Below are positions 27,151-40,379 of a stretch of 64,000 bases of DNA, one piece after another. This stretch comes from Felis catus. Its lineage: Eukaryota. Where the stretch lies: NCBI RefSeq assembly GCF_018350175.1, contig NC_058368.1:135472001-135536000 (forward strand). The letters run 5' to 3'. The first letter of the stretch is position 1; each line of letters starts with the position of its first letter. The position numbers and the translations under genes are program-made. A model generated the notes under the pieces. The model was not told the DNA's origin, did not search any database, and was given only the letters and a program-made list of their open reading frames with translations.

Positions 27151-27574
27151 TGATCGAAACATGAAGCAAGTCGTTTTTCAAATGACAGCCTGAGTGGGCA
27201 TGAAGTTTTTCCTTACTCAACACTTTTGTAATGGTTAATGCTTATGTGCCAGGCACTGTGCTAAGCCTTACCTGTATTACCATTTATTCAACCTTCCCGA
27301 TCACACCAGTAGATAGGAACTGCTCTAGTCATCCGCATTGAGGAAACTGAGGGGCAAAGCGGTTAAGTTATTGCCCAAGTTTACAGAGACAGGGCTTCCA
27401 GGCAGGCTGACTTCAGAGTTTCTGCACTTACCACCAGCTACGTGGCCACCCCAGAGAAAGTTTCTCCAGCACAGTCAAGCTGGGATCAGTGCTGTAAGTC
27501 AAACATCCAGGAACCAGTTAAGTTTGGAGAAGCCCTTTACTCGTGGTCTCCAATATGAGAGTTCCTTTGACTGG

Positions 27575-27820
27575 ACAACACACACACCAGTACTGACACA
27601 CGTACACTCAAATATTCTCACAGTGACACACACTCAAAACCACTGCCCCATATTCTCATAGTCACACATACACATTCATCTGTTCTCACACACATGCTTT
27701 CTCACAACCCTTCACACACACTCACATACACTCTTATATTCTGAAATGCACTCACACACTCATTTACTCAACACATTTTCACACACACTTGCACACTCAC
27801 ACGCAAACGCAAACGCATAT
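27575..27820. repeat. Degenerate (CA)-rich low-complexity tract
   Basis: Interrupted cacacact/ctcacaca units over about 250 bp. Confidence 0.85.
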
Positions 27821-29070
27821 GGTAATGGCTTTCTCTGGCTCCAAGCCCAACCTCTCCTTCATTGCCTGGCACAGCCCCAGGATGCTGCTACACTCCAGCC
27901 CAGGGGTTCCGGGCCCTCTCCCTTGCCAATTCTCAGGCCTCCTCTGTATGCATAAACCTGTCCCAAATAAAATACGGGTACCCATAGTTCTATCTCAGCC
28001 ACCCCATTTGCACTCCTGAATATGCTCCATTAGTCCCCCCTGACAAGGAGGGAAATTTCCTCTTCCTCAGGACCTTAAGAAGGAAAGATTGTCTTTCCAT
28101 TCTACTTGGGCTTCCAGCTCCTCTGCTTGCCCAGTGAATGAAGGATGGCATGAATTTGATTTGTGACAAGAAAGAGGTACAATCCTCCATCTGTCTAGGA
28201 GACCACGCATGCCTCCTCGGCCGATCATAAGCACCTTTCCTCCCCAGCTCTGGAGGACACACAACCACCGTGAGACCAACATTCTGTGCTGCCAACAAGC
28301 CATTTGGTGTCCCCAGAGGGCTGACCTGCAAATGTTCTAGATGCAAAATCATTTCAAAGGGAGAATGAGATACAGCGTCTGACATGTACTCTTTTTTAAT
28401 TCCTCTCTGGGTTTGCTCCCACTTTAGAGTGCAACAGTTTTTAAACATTTTACTGCTGCCCCCAAATTCCGTGTTACCCTGCTGTTTCAAAGACTGGAAG
28501 GCAAGCTACTTTCATCATCTTATTATACAGTCACTAAAATGGTATCAAAATTCCAGGCACCCTTCTGAAATCTCTCAGAAATGTTTCCCTTTATGATAAT
28601 TAATAACATTAGAAAGCCTTCACAGTCATTATTCCATTTAATCCTCTGTGACAGTGACATTCTTACTAACCCCATTTTGCAGATAAAAAGGCTGGGATCA
28701 CAAGGGGGAGAGCGAGCGGTCCAAGGTCATATTGCTGGTAATTAGTAACACGAACTAGAAGCTAAAGGCAGATGTGCTTCAGTATAAATCCACACCACAC
28801 TGCACTGGCCTTCGGGGCCCATCTCCAGCTCTCCATTCTCAGTGGCTCAAATGCTCAGGTCTTGCAAACCAAAACAAAGCAATCAACATTCTTGAGTATC
28901 AACTCTCTGTATGGCATATCATTATGTACTGCTGTTCATCCCATGCCTTTGAGATTTATTATTGCCTTGTGTTATTATTTACACTAAGTATTAGTCTCAG
29001 TGTTAACTCTTTACATTCAGACAGTGTATCTTTTCCATCTCTATGCCCCCACACTTAGAAGAGTCTTTTG

Positions 29071-29500
29071 GGGGCGCCTGGGTGGCTCAGTCGGTTAGGA
29101 GTCCAACTCTTGATTTCAGCTCAGGTCATATCTCAAGGTTTGTGAGTTCGAGCCCCATGTGGGGCTCGATGTGGATATCACAGGGCCTGCTTGGGATTCT
29201 CTCTCTCTCCCTCTCTCTGCCCCTCCCCCACTGGCGCTCTCTCTCTGTCTCTCTCCCTCTCAAAATAAACTTTAAAAAAAAGAGTCTTTTGAGGGTGCCT
29301 GGGTGGCTCAGTCGGTTAAGCATCTGGCTCTTGATTTAGGTTCAGGTCATGATCTTACGATTGGGGAGATCATGCCCCATGTTGGGCTCTGCACGGACAG
29401 TGTGGAGCCTGCTCGGAATTCTTTCTTTCCCTCTCTGTCTCTGCCCCACCCCCTCACTCACACACATGCACATGGACCTCCTCTCTCTCTTTCTCCAAAA
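29071..29500 (+). mobile_element. Two tandem Can-SINEs (29071-29281, 29291-29500)
   Basis: First copy is flanked by TSD aagagtcttttg, directly ahead of the second head. Confidence 0.93.
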
Positions 29501-29753
29501 AAGCATTTTACACATTTCAGGTGATTTCTAGATGCTTATTGATGGTGGCTTTTCACATCTCTAGGATTTCCAGACAACCTCTGCACAAATCAGGCCTCTT
29601 TGCCTGTAAAGATATGTGGGCAAACATGTTTGTCACAACATCCTATACAAAAGCAGACAGGAAGCAACCAAAACATCTCATAAGGGAAGAGTGGTTAAAT
29701 AAACTGTGGGACATCTGCAGAATGAAAAGTTACACAACTATTTAAAATCATAG

Positions 29754-29975
29754 GTTTTTTTTTTTTAATTTTTTTTAATGTTTATTTTTCAGACAGAGAG
29801 AGAGACAGAGTGCGAGTGGGGATGGGGCAGAGAGAGGGAGACAAAGAATCTGAAGCAGGCTCCAGACTCTGAGCTGTCAGCACAGAGCCGGATGTGGGAC
29901 TCGAACTCATGAATGGTGAGATCATGACCTGAGCCAAAGTCAGATGCTTAACGGACTGAGCCACCCAGGTGCCCC
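29754..29975 (-). mobile_element. Can-SINE inserted in an old + strand L1M remnant
   Basis: TSD taaaatcat; flanking L1M-like gaagcaaccaaaacatctcataagggaagagtggttaaataaactgtgg. Confidence 0.93.
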
Positions 29976-30429
29976 TAAAATCATGTTTTAATAGACTATT
30001 GAATAACATAGGAAAATGTTTACCAAATATCATGATACATTTTTCACCAATAGAAAAGAAAAAAAGCTTAGAGAAAATACATCAAAAATGTCAGCTTTTA
30101 TTATCTCTGAGAAGGGAGATGAAACTACAGAGAACTTTTATCTCTCTTTCAGAACATTAACTCCTTTCCTGGTGATCCTTGAGACCACTCATTTCAATCT
30201 TGTGAGCTTCATTTTTCTTTATAAAACACTAGTAATATTGGTTTCCTCACAGACTCTTGTGAAGAGTTTAAACTTTTCCAATAAGAAATGCTTTGTAGAT
30301 TAATAACAATGGCATTAAATTATGCAACAAAAGATTATGTGATCTTTATGCAGTTTTCATAACAAAGACTTTACAGAGAATAATGCCTTACCAACTAATA
30401 GTGGAAATTTTAGTGGAATTTGTATCTTC

Positions 30430-30654
30430 TTTTTTTTTAATCTTTTTTTTAATTTTTTTTAATCTTTTATTATTGAGAGAGAGACAGAGTGCGAGCAGGG
30501 GAGGAACAGAGAGAGAGGGAGACGCAGAATCCAAAGCAGGCTCCAGGCTCCAAGCTGTCAGCACAGAGCCTGACACAAGGCTCGAACTCACAGACTGAGA
30601 TCATGACCTGAGTTGAAGTCAGCCGCTTAACCAACTGAGCCACCCAGGCGCCCC
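30430..30654 (-). mobile_element. Can-SINE
   Basis: Perfect TSD tggaatttgtatcttct. Confidence 0.96.
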
Positions 30655-31339
30655 TGGAATTTGTATCTTCTCAAACTCTACTCCTCTTTCTTTTAAAACT
30701 AAGCTTATGCTTATCTTACATTCAGTGAATTATTATGAAATGATTCTCCTTGGATGATTCAAGAAAAAAAGAAACACACCTACATCAAGAACCTAAACAA
30801 TTCAGCTTTTTTTTTTCCTTTCTTCTTTTCAGTGAATAGGAACTAGAATTATTACAGCAATAGCCACGGGCCTCTTCTTACTTTCACCCAGTCACTGTGG
30901 CCCAGAGGATCAGGCATGCCAAGAAGTTCCTCACCAACCTGCTGAGGTACCACTATAGGTCTTACACAGGGTAGGGACAGGCCATACTGGCATGGATACG
31001 AGGTCAGCCAGTCTTCTTACCTGATAGAAGCACCTCCAGGGTCCAAATGCCACACAAAGCAGCCCTGACCCAAGAAGCAGGGGCTACCACAAGCAGGTTC
31101 CATTTCAGGAACCCTTAACTTGGAACCTGGTCCTGCCCAAGCTCCCCAGGCTGACTTTTTCCTCTCCTTCAACCATCCTCCATCACATTCAGGTTCAGGA
31201 GTGATCACCAAAGCACCAGGTGAGAGTCAGTCTTGAAAGAAGCTCCCTTCAGTTTACAACACATGCACTCAGCACCCATACTGTGCCCAGTAGCACCTGC
31301 GTCCTACACCTCCACCCTTTCCTTCAAACTTGAGCCTTT

Positions 31340-31544
31340 CTTTTTAATGCTTTTTTTTATTTTTGAGAGAGAAAGAGAGAAAGAGAGCAGGGGAGGGGCA
31401 GAGAGAGAGTCATAGAATCAGAAGCAAGCTCCAGGCTCTGGGCTGTCAGCACAAAGCCCGACATGGGGCTCGAACCCATGAGTGGCGAGATCATGACATG
31501 AGCCAAAGTCAGTTGCCTAACCAACTGAGCCACCCAGGTGCCCC
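31340..31544 (-). mobile_element. Can-SINE
   Basis: Full reverse body ending ccacccaggtgcccc. Confidence 0.93.
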
Positions 31545-33027
31545 TAAATTTGGATCATTTTTACAAACGCTTTCCCTCTTCCCCACCTCATCTCCTTTCT
31601 ACACAAGCCAGTTACATGTATGACTTCTTTGGTAAGTGATCAATATCCCCATTTTTTTCACCAAACAGTTAGTTGTTTAAACTTTATAAATCAGGAGGAA
31701 AAGAAACACTGTCAGTCTCCTGGTAACACATCAGCCACCCAGAAGTCTTTGGAAAAGCCAAACTTCCCAGATGCATTCAAGTCCTACTGCTTTAAGCATC
31801 AAAACTTTTAAGACACTCGTGGTTTTCCATGGAAATCCTTCTCATTATAGTCTATGCTCTCTGCTTTCTTAAACAGATTATCCTGAAATTTTAATATCTT
31901 GTTGATGATTCGTCCTCATGCACGTCAGTGACTGTCTCCATGGGGGCTGTACTTTTGGGTAAGACTCTTTACTCAAAAGTTTATGAGCCCCACACTCTGT
32001 CTTCTGTGGTTTTAGTTTGTTTGTTTCTTTCCTTTGGGAAGCTCACAATTTCTGCTTCTCTCCAGCCTTCCCAGCTCCCTCTTCCTAACCCACAGCTAAT
32101 AATCTGCTGGGTGTTCAGAATCTACTTATCAAAACTTGCTGGTTACAGGGCACAGAAAGAGTTGGGTCTGGGGGTCTCTGCCATAAGTAAAGTGCCCACA
32201 CTTCAGTTCATCAACTCGATGCTGCCTGTTTGGCTGCTCTGAGCCCTCTTGGCCACTTTCCAGTTCTTACTGCATTCTAGGTAGACGACCCAAAACAGAC
32301 ATTTCAGAAAGTTGAAGCTTGTACTGCATTTTAGTCCATACCTGAGATCTATTCTTAAGGTAATAACTCTGCAATGACCCCTTGAAGAACAAGTGTGTGA
32401 CTTGAAAGGATCACACCCTTGTAGTGAAGGCTAGAAGTTTCAAAAACAAAAATTAAAAAAAAAAAAAAAAAAACAGAGCAAAAAGAAGATTTTTAAAGTT
32501 TCTTTTCTTCCCTAGGTTGCTCCAAATTTTGAAATATGGACCTCCTCCCTTCAACCCTGTTCTATAACCTCAATCAGAGGGTAAAAAAAGACTACCAAAG
32601 TACATGATGGAAAATTGGAAAAGTTCATTTAGAGCTAATGTAATAAAGGGAGATAAAGATGACTCCAGACATGAGAGTGGGCATAATGTATTCTGAACTC
32701 ATTCAATCATAAAAATAAAATTTTATTTTGTTTCAGGACGAAACCGGCTGAAAGGGCAAGACTTGTTGCTAGGAAACATACTGCAGGTTTTCAGGCTTTG
32801 CGAAAACCCTTCTTGAGGGACACAGAGTTTCTCAGTTGTCTCCTCAGACTCTTCAGAGCTATCTGATTTTGCATGCATGTTACCAAAACGCCTCGTGCTA
32901 ATTCTAATGCCTTGTTCATTTGATAACATTTCCCCAGGTCCTGCTGCATGCCTGACTCTCCCCAGGATATGGTCACAGCAGTCCTTCCTCTGCTTTTCGT
33001 GTCCCCCTGAGTAGAGATAACCAAATA

Positions 33028-33450
33028 AGGGCGCCTGGGTGGCTCAGTTGTTTAAGCGTAGGACTCTTGATTTTAGCTTGAGTCACGATCTCCCAGTTCT
33101 CGTGATCACACAGTCAGCATGGAGCCTGCTTGAGATTCTCTGTCTCCCTCTCCCTCTGCCCTTCCCCAGCTCATGCTCTCTCTCCGTCTCTCAAAAATAA
33201 TAAATAGTGGGGCGCCTGGGTGGCTCAGTCGGTTAAGCGGCCGACTTCGGCTCAGGTCATGATCTCACAGTCCGTGAGTTCAAGCCCCGCATCGGGCTCT
33301 GTGCTGACGGCTCAGAGCCTGGAGCCTGTTTCGGATTCTGTGTCTCCCTCTCTCTGACCCTCCCCTGTTCATGCTCTGTCTCTCCCTGTCTCAAAAATAA
33401 ATAAAAATGTTAAAAAAAAAAAAATTAAAAATAAATAAATAAATAAATAG
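33028..33450 (+). mobile_element. Two nested/tandem Can-SINEs (33028-33205, 33209-33450)
   Basis: Second, younger copy sits in the tail of the first; aataaatagt repeated on both sides. Confidence 0.93.
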
Positions 33451-33496
33451 TCAGTTTTCTTAAAGAAAAAAAAAGATAAAATAATGGTCTAGAACT

Positions 33497-33899
33497 TGTT
33501 GTTGAAATGCTTCCTAACTGTAGGTTCGTAAACTAGCCCTCCAAGGAGGTGGGGACAGAAGAGAGCAGCCACCACTGCAGGGCGGTAAGTGACAAGTGTA
33601 ACCAGCAACAGAACTTACTTATGAGGCAGGTCTCAAGCAGACGCAGGACGAGTAGCTCTCAGCTACCAGAAGCTTTCAAGTTTATATGGAGGCCTTTATA
33701 TAGTGGGTTCAGTCACTTCAAGACGGTCTCAACAACACCTTACTCTGTCAAGGCTATGTCCTTGAAAACGGCTCCCACTGTGGGAACAGTGGGGAGCACA
33801 CATTCCAAGGACAGGGGTGGGGGTGAGGAGCCTCCCATTGCCCCGATCCAGCTCTCGGGTCAACCCACGGTCACGTCCTCTCCGTGACCTCCTCCAACA
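33497..33899 (-). mobile_element. Solo LTR of an endogenous retrovirus (about 400 bp, probably a carnivore LTR family)
   Basis: TGTTG...CAACA terminal inverted repeats, agaac/tgaac near-duplicated flanks, TATA-like tatataaa on the - strand near 33702-33695, relatively CpG-rich U3. Confidence 0.75.
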
Positions 33900-34127
33900 T
33901 GAACAAATGAACAAAAGTGTGTGTATAAGCTTGTTCATTTCACCATTGTTTAAAATAGCAGACAATGGAGGAAAACTAAATGGTTTAAAACAGAAAATTG
34001 ATACAAAAGAATATGATGTGGATTCCATCCACACCTGCTGACCCAGGAATATATCATATTCACTTTATATTAAGAAATGAGAAAAATGTATATTTTATAG
34101 GCCAGTAAATACAGCAAAATCACTTTT

Positions 34128-34335
34128 TGTTTAATTTTTTTAATGTTTATTTATTTTGGGGAGAGAGACAGAGGATGAGCAGAGGAGGGTCAGAGAGAGA
34201 AGGAGACACAGAATCTGAAGCAGGCTCCAGGCTCTGAGCTGTCAGCACAGAGCACAGAGCTCAAACCCATGAACCCCGAGATCATGACCTGAGCTGAAGT
34301 CAGATGCTTAACTGACTGAACCATCAAAGTGCCCC
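34128..34335 (-). mobile_element. Can-SINE
   Basis: TSD cagcaaaatcactttt/cagcataatcactttt. Confidence 0.93.
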
Positions 34336-34944
34336 AGCATAATCACTTTTATATGAGGGTATTATTTATAAACATATAGATGCATTTGGGGGCCTAGAAG
34401 AATATACATCAAAATAGGTGATAGAATTGTGAATGATTTTCTTTCATTTTTGCTTGTCTCTGAATAAAAGAAATAATTGTCTTGCCAGTCACTACAAACC
34501 TCACTAAAGTTGGAAAAATCCTCTTCCTAAAACTAACTGCAATAAATCCAAGAGACAGAGGTCCCAATAAACTGAGCAGTCTGTCGCTTTAACCACTATG
34601 CATACAGCCATATAAAACATGAATTGTTGAAGTGTCGTGCTATCCAGACTGAAACAATGGAAAGGCTTTTGGAATATAATTGCAAATGCTACTAGCAAGC
34701 AGATTATGAATGCATTGAGTGTACCCTTGAGAGACTTAGCCATAAATTTCCAGCTGCAGAACAATGGGACCTCAAAAGCTCAGAACCTCTCAGAGAAGAT
34801 GGTACTAACTAAAAAAGATCTACGTTATTCAGAAACCTCAAAAATGCTGAGCTAGAAAGTTAAGCACAGATAACCAAATGAATGTAATTGACATCTATCA
34901 GCTGGATGTTCCTATATTATGTTTTATATAAGTATTAGAAGTCT

Positions 34945-35131
34945 TTTTTTATTTTTTTTTTTATTTTAGAGAGAGAGACCATGCAAGCAGGGGAGAGGGG
35001 CACAGGGAGAGAGAGAGAATCTTAAGCAGGCTCCGCACTCAGCGTGGAGCCCAACACAGGGTTCATGGGATCATGACCTGAGCCAAAATCAAGAGTCCGA
35101 TGTTCAACTAACTGAGCCACACAGATGCCCC
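34945..35131 (-). mobile_element. Can-SINE
   Basis: Reverse body with (GA)n and T tail; flanks share aagtctt. Confidence 0.9.
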
Positions 35132-35499
35132 TTATAAGTCTTATAAAAGTACATAAGTTAAGAAAAAAAATTACAAAAACATTAGAATGACTGGTAAATA
35201 AAACAATATTGACTTCCAGTCAAGATAGTGCAATGAGTTCACGTTTTGATTACTCCCTTTATGCTCCAAGTATATAGTAATATGTGGTCAAATATGAAAA
35301 GAGAAAATATCTCTAGATTTGAAACAAGATAAGCAACTCCAGGGAACAGAAATATAAAACTGAGAGGAAGGATGAAGCTATGGCTATGCTGGCCAGGAAT
35401 TCAGCCCTTCCGGAGTCAAAGAGTTCTAAAAGCTCCATAGATGATGGGGAAGAAGGCTCACTACTGAACAAAACATAGCTGACTTCTGCCTAGAGCTAG

Positions 35500-35712
35500 A
35501 ACAATGCTTTTCAATTTTTTTTCATTATTATCCCCCTGCAAAGAACATTTTAATTTAAATTTTCCCTAAAGAGAGAAGTTAAATGCTAAGTAATAAGATT
35601 TTTAAGGGTAGGGTTGAGCTTTGAAGGGCCACTGTAATACCTAAGATTTTTAGCCCTCCAAGAATCCATTTTCACCATATTGGGGGGAATATTGCCCCTG
35701 TAAAAAATACAT
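35500..35712. mobile_element. hAT-Charlie MITE (MER112-like)
   Basis: caatgcttttcaattttttttcattattatcccc ... ccaagaatccattttcacc...gggggaatattgcccc resembles recalled MER112 ends. Confidence 0.5.
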
Positions 35713-36272
35713 AAGCTATTGCTTTAAAACCCACAGCCTTGCCAATAAGAACTGGGCCAAAACTGCCCACCAGCCATTTGACTGGTTCCTGAGTACCCTT
35801 CCATCACTATGGGACAGAAACCCCAACCATAAATTTAAAGCCTGGTTACAGATTAGGGACCTGAAGAATGCTTGGTGAGGAGGGTACAACAAAAATGCTG
35901 GACAGAGAGGCAGATGGGGTGAGTGGGAGAAAGAAAGAGGAGCGAGAAACAAAAAGTCTTATCTAAAATTACTGGTAAACCCAAATTCCAAAAACAATAA
36001 TTGGTTGCTAAGAAAGAAAACCAACAAAATTAACAGTCATGCATTCAGTCTGGAAAATTAATTTTATAGAACAGCTTAACAAAGACTTTAAATTAGAAAC
36101 ATGGAATATTTGCAAAAAAAGAGAGAGAGTGCATAACCTTCACTTAAAAAGAATATAAAATTATTCAACAAAACCAAGCAAAACATGAAACAAGAATAGG
36201 TGGATATTTAATAGAAGCAATTAGAAATTAAGAAAGGAAACAGAGTGATTGAATTTAACAATACAATAAACA

Positions 36273-39136
36273 CACAACAGAAATAAAAACAATAATAAAA
36301 GAATATTATGTGCAATTATATGCCAATAAAATGGGTAATCTGGAAGAAATGGACAAATTCCTAGAAACATATACACTACCAAAACTGAAACAAGAAGAAA
36401 TAGAAAATTTGAACAGACCCATAACCAGTAAGGAAATCGAATTAGTAATAAAAAATCTGCCAAAAAACAAGAGTCCAGGGCCAGATGGCTTTCCAGGGGA
36501 ATTCTACCAAACATTTAAGGAAGAGTTAACACCTATTCTCTTGAAGCTGTTCCAAAAAATAGAAATGGAAGGAAAACTTCCAAACTCTTTCTATGAAGCC
36601 AGCATTACCCTGATTCCAAAACCAGACAGAGACCCCACTAAAAAGAACTATAGACCAATCTCCCTGATGAACATGGATGCAAAAATCCTCAACAAGATAT
36701 TAGCCAACCAGATCCAATAATAGATTTAAAAAATTATTCACTATGACCAAGTGGGATTTATACCTGGGATGCAGGGCTGGTTCAATATCTGCAAAACAAT
36801 TAACGTGATTCATCACATCAATAAAAGAAAGGACAAGAACTATATGATCCTCTCAATAGATGCAGAAAAAGCATTTGACAAAATACAGCATCCTTTCTTG
36901 ATAAAAACCCTCAAGAAAGTAGGGATAGAAGGATCATACCTCGAGATCATAAAAGTCATATATAAACAACCCAACACTAATATCATCCTCAATGGGGAAA
37001 AACTGAGAGCTTTCCCCCTAAGGTCAGGAATAAGACAGGGATGTTCACTCTCTCGCCACTGTTATTCAACATAGTATTGGAAGTTCTAGCCTCTGCAATC
37101 AGACAACACAAATAAATAAAATGCATCCAAATCAGCCAGGAGGAGGTCACACTTTCACTCTTCACAGATGACATGATACTCTATATGGAAAACCCAAAAC
37201 ATTCCACCAAAAAACTGCTAGAACTGATTCATGAATTCAGCAAAGTTGCAGGATATAAAATCAATGCACAGAAATCGGTTGCATTCCTATACACCAACAA
37301 TGAAGTGACAGAAAGAGAAATCAAAGAATCGATCCCATTTATAGTGGCACAAAAAAACATAAAATACCTAGGAATAAATCTAACCAAAGAGGTGAAAACT
37401 CTATACACTGAAAACTATAGAAAGTTTATGAAAGAAATTGAAGAAGATACAAAAAAATGGAAAAAGATTCCATGCTCCTGGTTAGGAAGAAAAAATATTG
37501 TTAAAATGTCAATACTACCCAAAGCAATCTACATATTCAGTGCAATCCCTATCAAAGTAACACCGGCATTCTTCACAGAACTAGAACAAATAATCCTAAA
37601 ATTTTTATGGAACCAGAAAAGATCCCAAATAGCCAGAACAATCTTGAAAAAGAAAACCAAAGCAGGAGGCATCACAATCCCAGACTTCAAGCTATACTAC
37701 AAAGCTATAATCATCAAGACAGTAAGGGTACTGGCACAAGAACAGACACTCAGCTCACTGGAACAGAATAGAGAACCCAGAAATGGACCCACAAACGTAT
37801 GGCCAACTAATCTTTGACAAAGTAGGAAAGAATATCCAATGGAATAAAGACAGTCTCTTCAGCAAATAGTGCTGGGAAAACTGGACAGCGACATACAGAA
37901 AAATGAACCTGGACCACTTTCTTACACCAGACACAAAAATAAACTCAAAATGGATGAAAGACCTAAATGGAAGACAGGAAGCCATCAAAATCCTCGAGGA
38001 GAAAGAAGTCAAAAACCTCTTTGAGCTTGGCCTCAGCAACTTCTTACTCAACACGTCTCCAGAGGCAAGGGAAACAAAAGCAAAAATGAATACTGGGACC
38101 TCATCAAAATAAAAAGCTTCTGCACAGCGAAGGAAACAATCAGCAAAACTAAAAGGCAACCGACAGAATGGGAGAAGATACGTGCAAATGACATATCACA
38201 TAAAGGGTTAGTATCCAAAATCTATAAAGAACTTATCAAACTCAACATCCAAAAAACAAATAATCCAGTGAAAAAATGGGTGAAAGACATGAATAGACAC
38301 TTCTCCAAAGAAGACATCCAGATGACCAACTGACACATGAAAAAAATGCTCAACATCACTCATCATCAGAGAAATACAAATCAAAACCACAATGAGATAC
38401 CAACTCACACCTGTCAGAATGGCTAACATTAACAACTCAGGCAACAACAGATGTTGGTGAGGATGTGGAGAAAGAGGGTCTCTTTTGCATTGTTGGTGGG
38501 AATGCAAGCTGGTGCAGCCACTCTGGAAAACAGTATGGAGATTCCTCAAAAAACTAAAAATAGAACTACCCTACGACCCAGCAATTGCACTACTAGGCAT
38601 TTATCGAAGGGATACAGGTGTGCTGTTTTGAAGGGACACATGCACCCCCATGGTTATAGCAGCACTATCAACAATAGCCAAAGTATGGAAAGAGCCCAAA
38701 TGTCCATCAACAGATAAATGGAAAAAGAAGATGTGGTACATATATACAATGGAGTATTACTCGGCAATCAAAAATGAAATCTTGACATTTGCAACTACGT
38801 GGATGGAACTGGAGGGTATTATGCTAAGTGAAATGAGTCAGTCAGAGAAAGACAAAAATCATATGACTTCACTCATATGACGACTTTAAGAGACAAAACA
38901 GATGAACATAAGGGAAGGGAAACAAAAATAATATAAAAACAGGGAGGGGAACAAAACAGAAGACACTCATAAATATGGAGAACAAACTGAGGGTTGCTGG
39001 AGGGGTTGTGGGAGCAGGGATGGGTTAAATGGGTTAGGGACATTAAGGAATCTACTCCTGAAATCATTGTTTCACTATATGCTAACTAATTTGAATGTAA
39101 ATTTTTAAAAATAAAAAATAAAATTAAAAAAATAAA
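36273..39136 (+). mobile_element. 5'-truncated carnivore L1, 2.86 kb, with disabled ORF2 (RT + C-terminal domain)
   Basis: ORFs 36310, 36751, 37173, 37903 and 38650 are consecutive L1 ORF2 pieces ([27 protein letters not shown] in place of FADD), with stops and frameshifts; perfect 13-bp TSD aatacaataaaca (36260-36272 / 39137-39149). Confidence 0.98.
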
Positions 39137-39149
39137 AATACAATAAACA

Positions 39150-40030
39150 GGACTATATTGTTCTCACTTCTAGATAGAGATAGAGAATTGGGTAGATAGA
39201 TAGACAGACAGATAGATTTAAATGAGCAGTTAAGAAACATGGAAGTAGATTGAAAGATTTCAACATTATAATAAATAGGAATTCCAGAAGAATAAACTGA
39301 AATGAATGATTACTTCAACTGTAATAGTTGAGGAAATTATTATTGATAATTTTCCAGGATTAAAAGAAATAAAATCTGGTGAATAATCAGTACAAAATAA
39401 CCCCAGTACTAAGCAGAATAGATACGAATTAAACCAAATTTGAACACACTAAAGTGAAACTGTAGAAATTAAGAATAAAGAGATAATCTTTAAACCCAGC
39501 AGAGAGAAAAGACAATCTCAAACAGAGTGACATTTGTAGTAACAGCAGATTTCTTGTTAGCAAACTTAGGAGTCAAAAGTTAATGGAATGGGGGCGCCTG
39601 GGTGGCGCAGTCGGTTAAGCGTCCGACTTCAGCCAGGTCACGATCTCGCGGTCCGTGAGTTCGAGCCCCGCGTCAGGCTCTGGGCTGATGGCTCAGAGCC
39701 TGGAGCCTGTTTCCGATTCTGTGTCTCCCTCTCTCTCTGCCCCTCCCCCGTTCATGCTCTGTCTCTCTCTGTCCCAAAAATAAATAAACGTTGAAAAAAA
39801 AAATTTTTTTTTTTTTTAAAAGTTAATGGAATGATGTCTTAAAAGTATAGAGAGGTGGTCATATAACATGTTAACATAAAGGAGAGAATCAATGAGGAGT
39901 TTATGAAAACTGTATTATCCTTGCAAATTTTCTCTAAATCTAAAATTCCCCCCCCAAAAAGTTTATTTTAAAAAAAGTGCAGAGAGGAAAAAAACTTAAG
40001 CTAGAATTTTATAGCCAGCTAATCCATACC
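39150..40030 (+). mobile_element. Ancient L1M ORF1-region remnant (continues at 36000-36270, split by the younger L1)
   Basis: ataggaattccagaag...gtgaaactgtagaa...cagcagagagaaaagac...aacagcagatttct...tagaattttatagccagct, typical of decayed L1 ORF1. Confidence 0.7.
39591..39817 (+). mobile_element. Very young felid Can-SINE
   Basis: CpG-intact; perfect 16-bp TSD aaaagttaatggaatg (39575-39590 / 39818-39833). Confidence 0.98.
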
Positions 40031-40379
40031 AGCAAGAAGTACATTGAACACAGAGAAAGTTGTAAGATTACAAAAAAATGATGAGCCTAGAAATTAGTCA
40101 ATTTCCTTCCTTCCTTCTTCCCTCTCTCCTTCCTTCATGAATAATTCAGTTCACAATCTATTAGGTGGTGCCAAGCAAGGTAGGCATCTGGGAGGTGTGA
40201 GGAAGGAAGTAGTAGCAGGTAAACATGGGATGTTGAAGCCACAGCAAAATGAGACCCTCTATGTGGCATAGTATGGGTTGTCCAAGCTGAAGCAAGGGAA
40301 GAGGGTGTCCACTCAGAAGACAGGTGGTCATACCCCAGCACAAAGTGTCAAAGTCCAAGTAGAGTGAGGAGATCATCTA

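Noticed and set aside
27990..28490. 166-aa - strand ORF (likewise 19245-19700, 50350-50679 and 1620-1988)
   Set aside because: No recognisable domain and no convincing splice or start context; some overlap repeats; lengths are compatible with chance.
36310..38880. Long ORFs with reverse transcriptase similarity as a functional gene or novel RT system
   Set aside because: Ordinary L1 ORF2: 5'-truncated, fragmented by stops and frameshifts, and bounded by TSDs.
39795..39817. A-run followed by T-run in the SINE tail as an unusual hairpin
   Set aside because: The A/T/A tail pattern recurs in many SINEs in this window, so it is a family feature.
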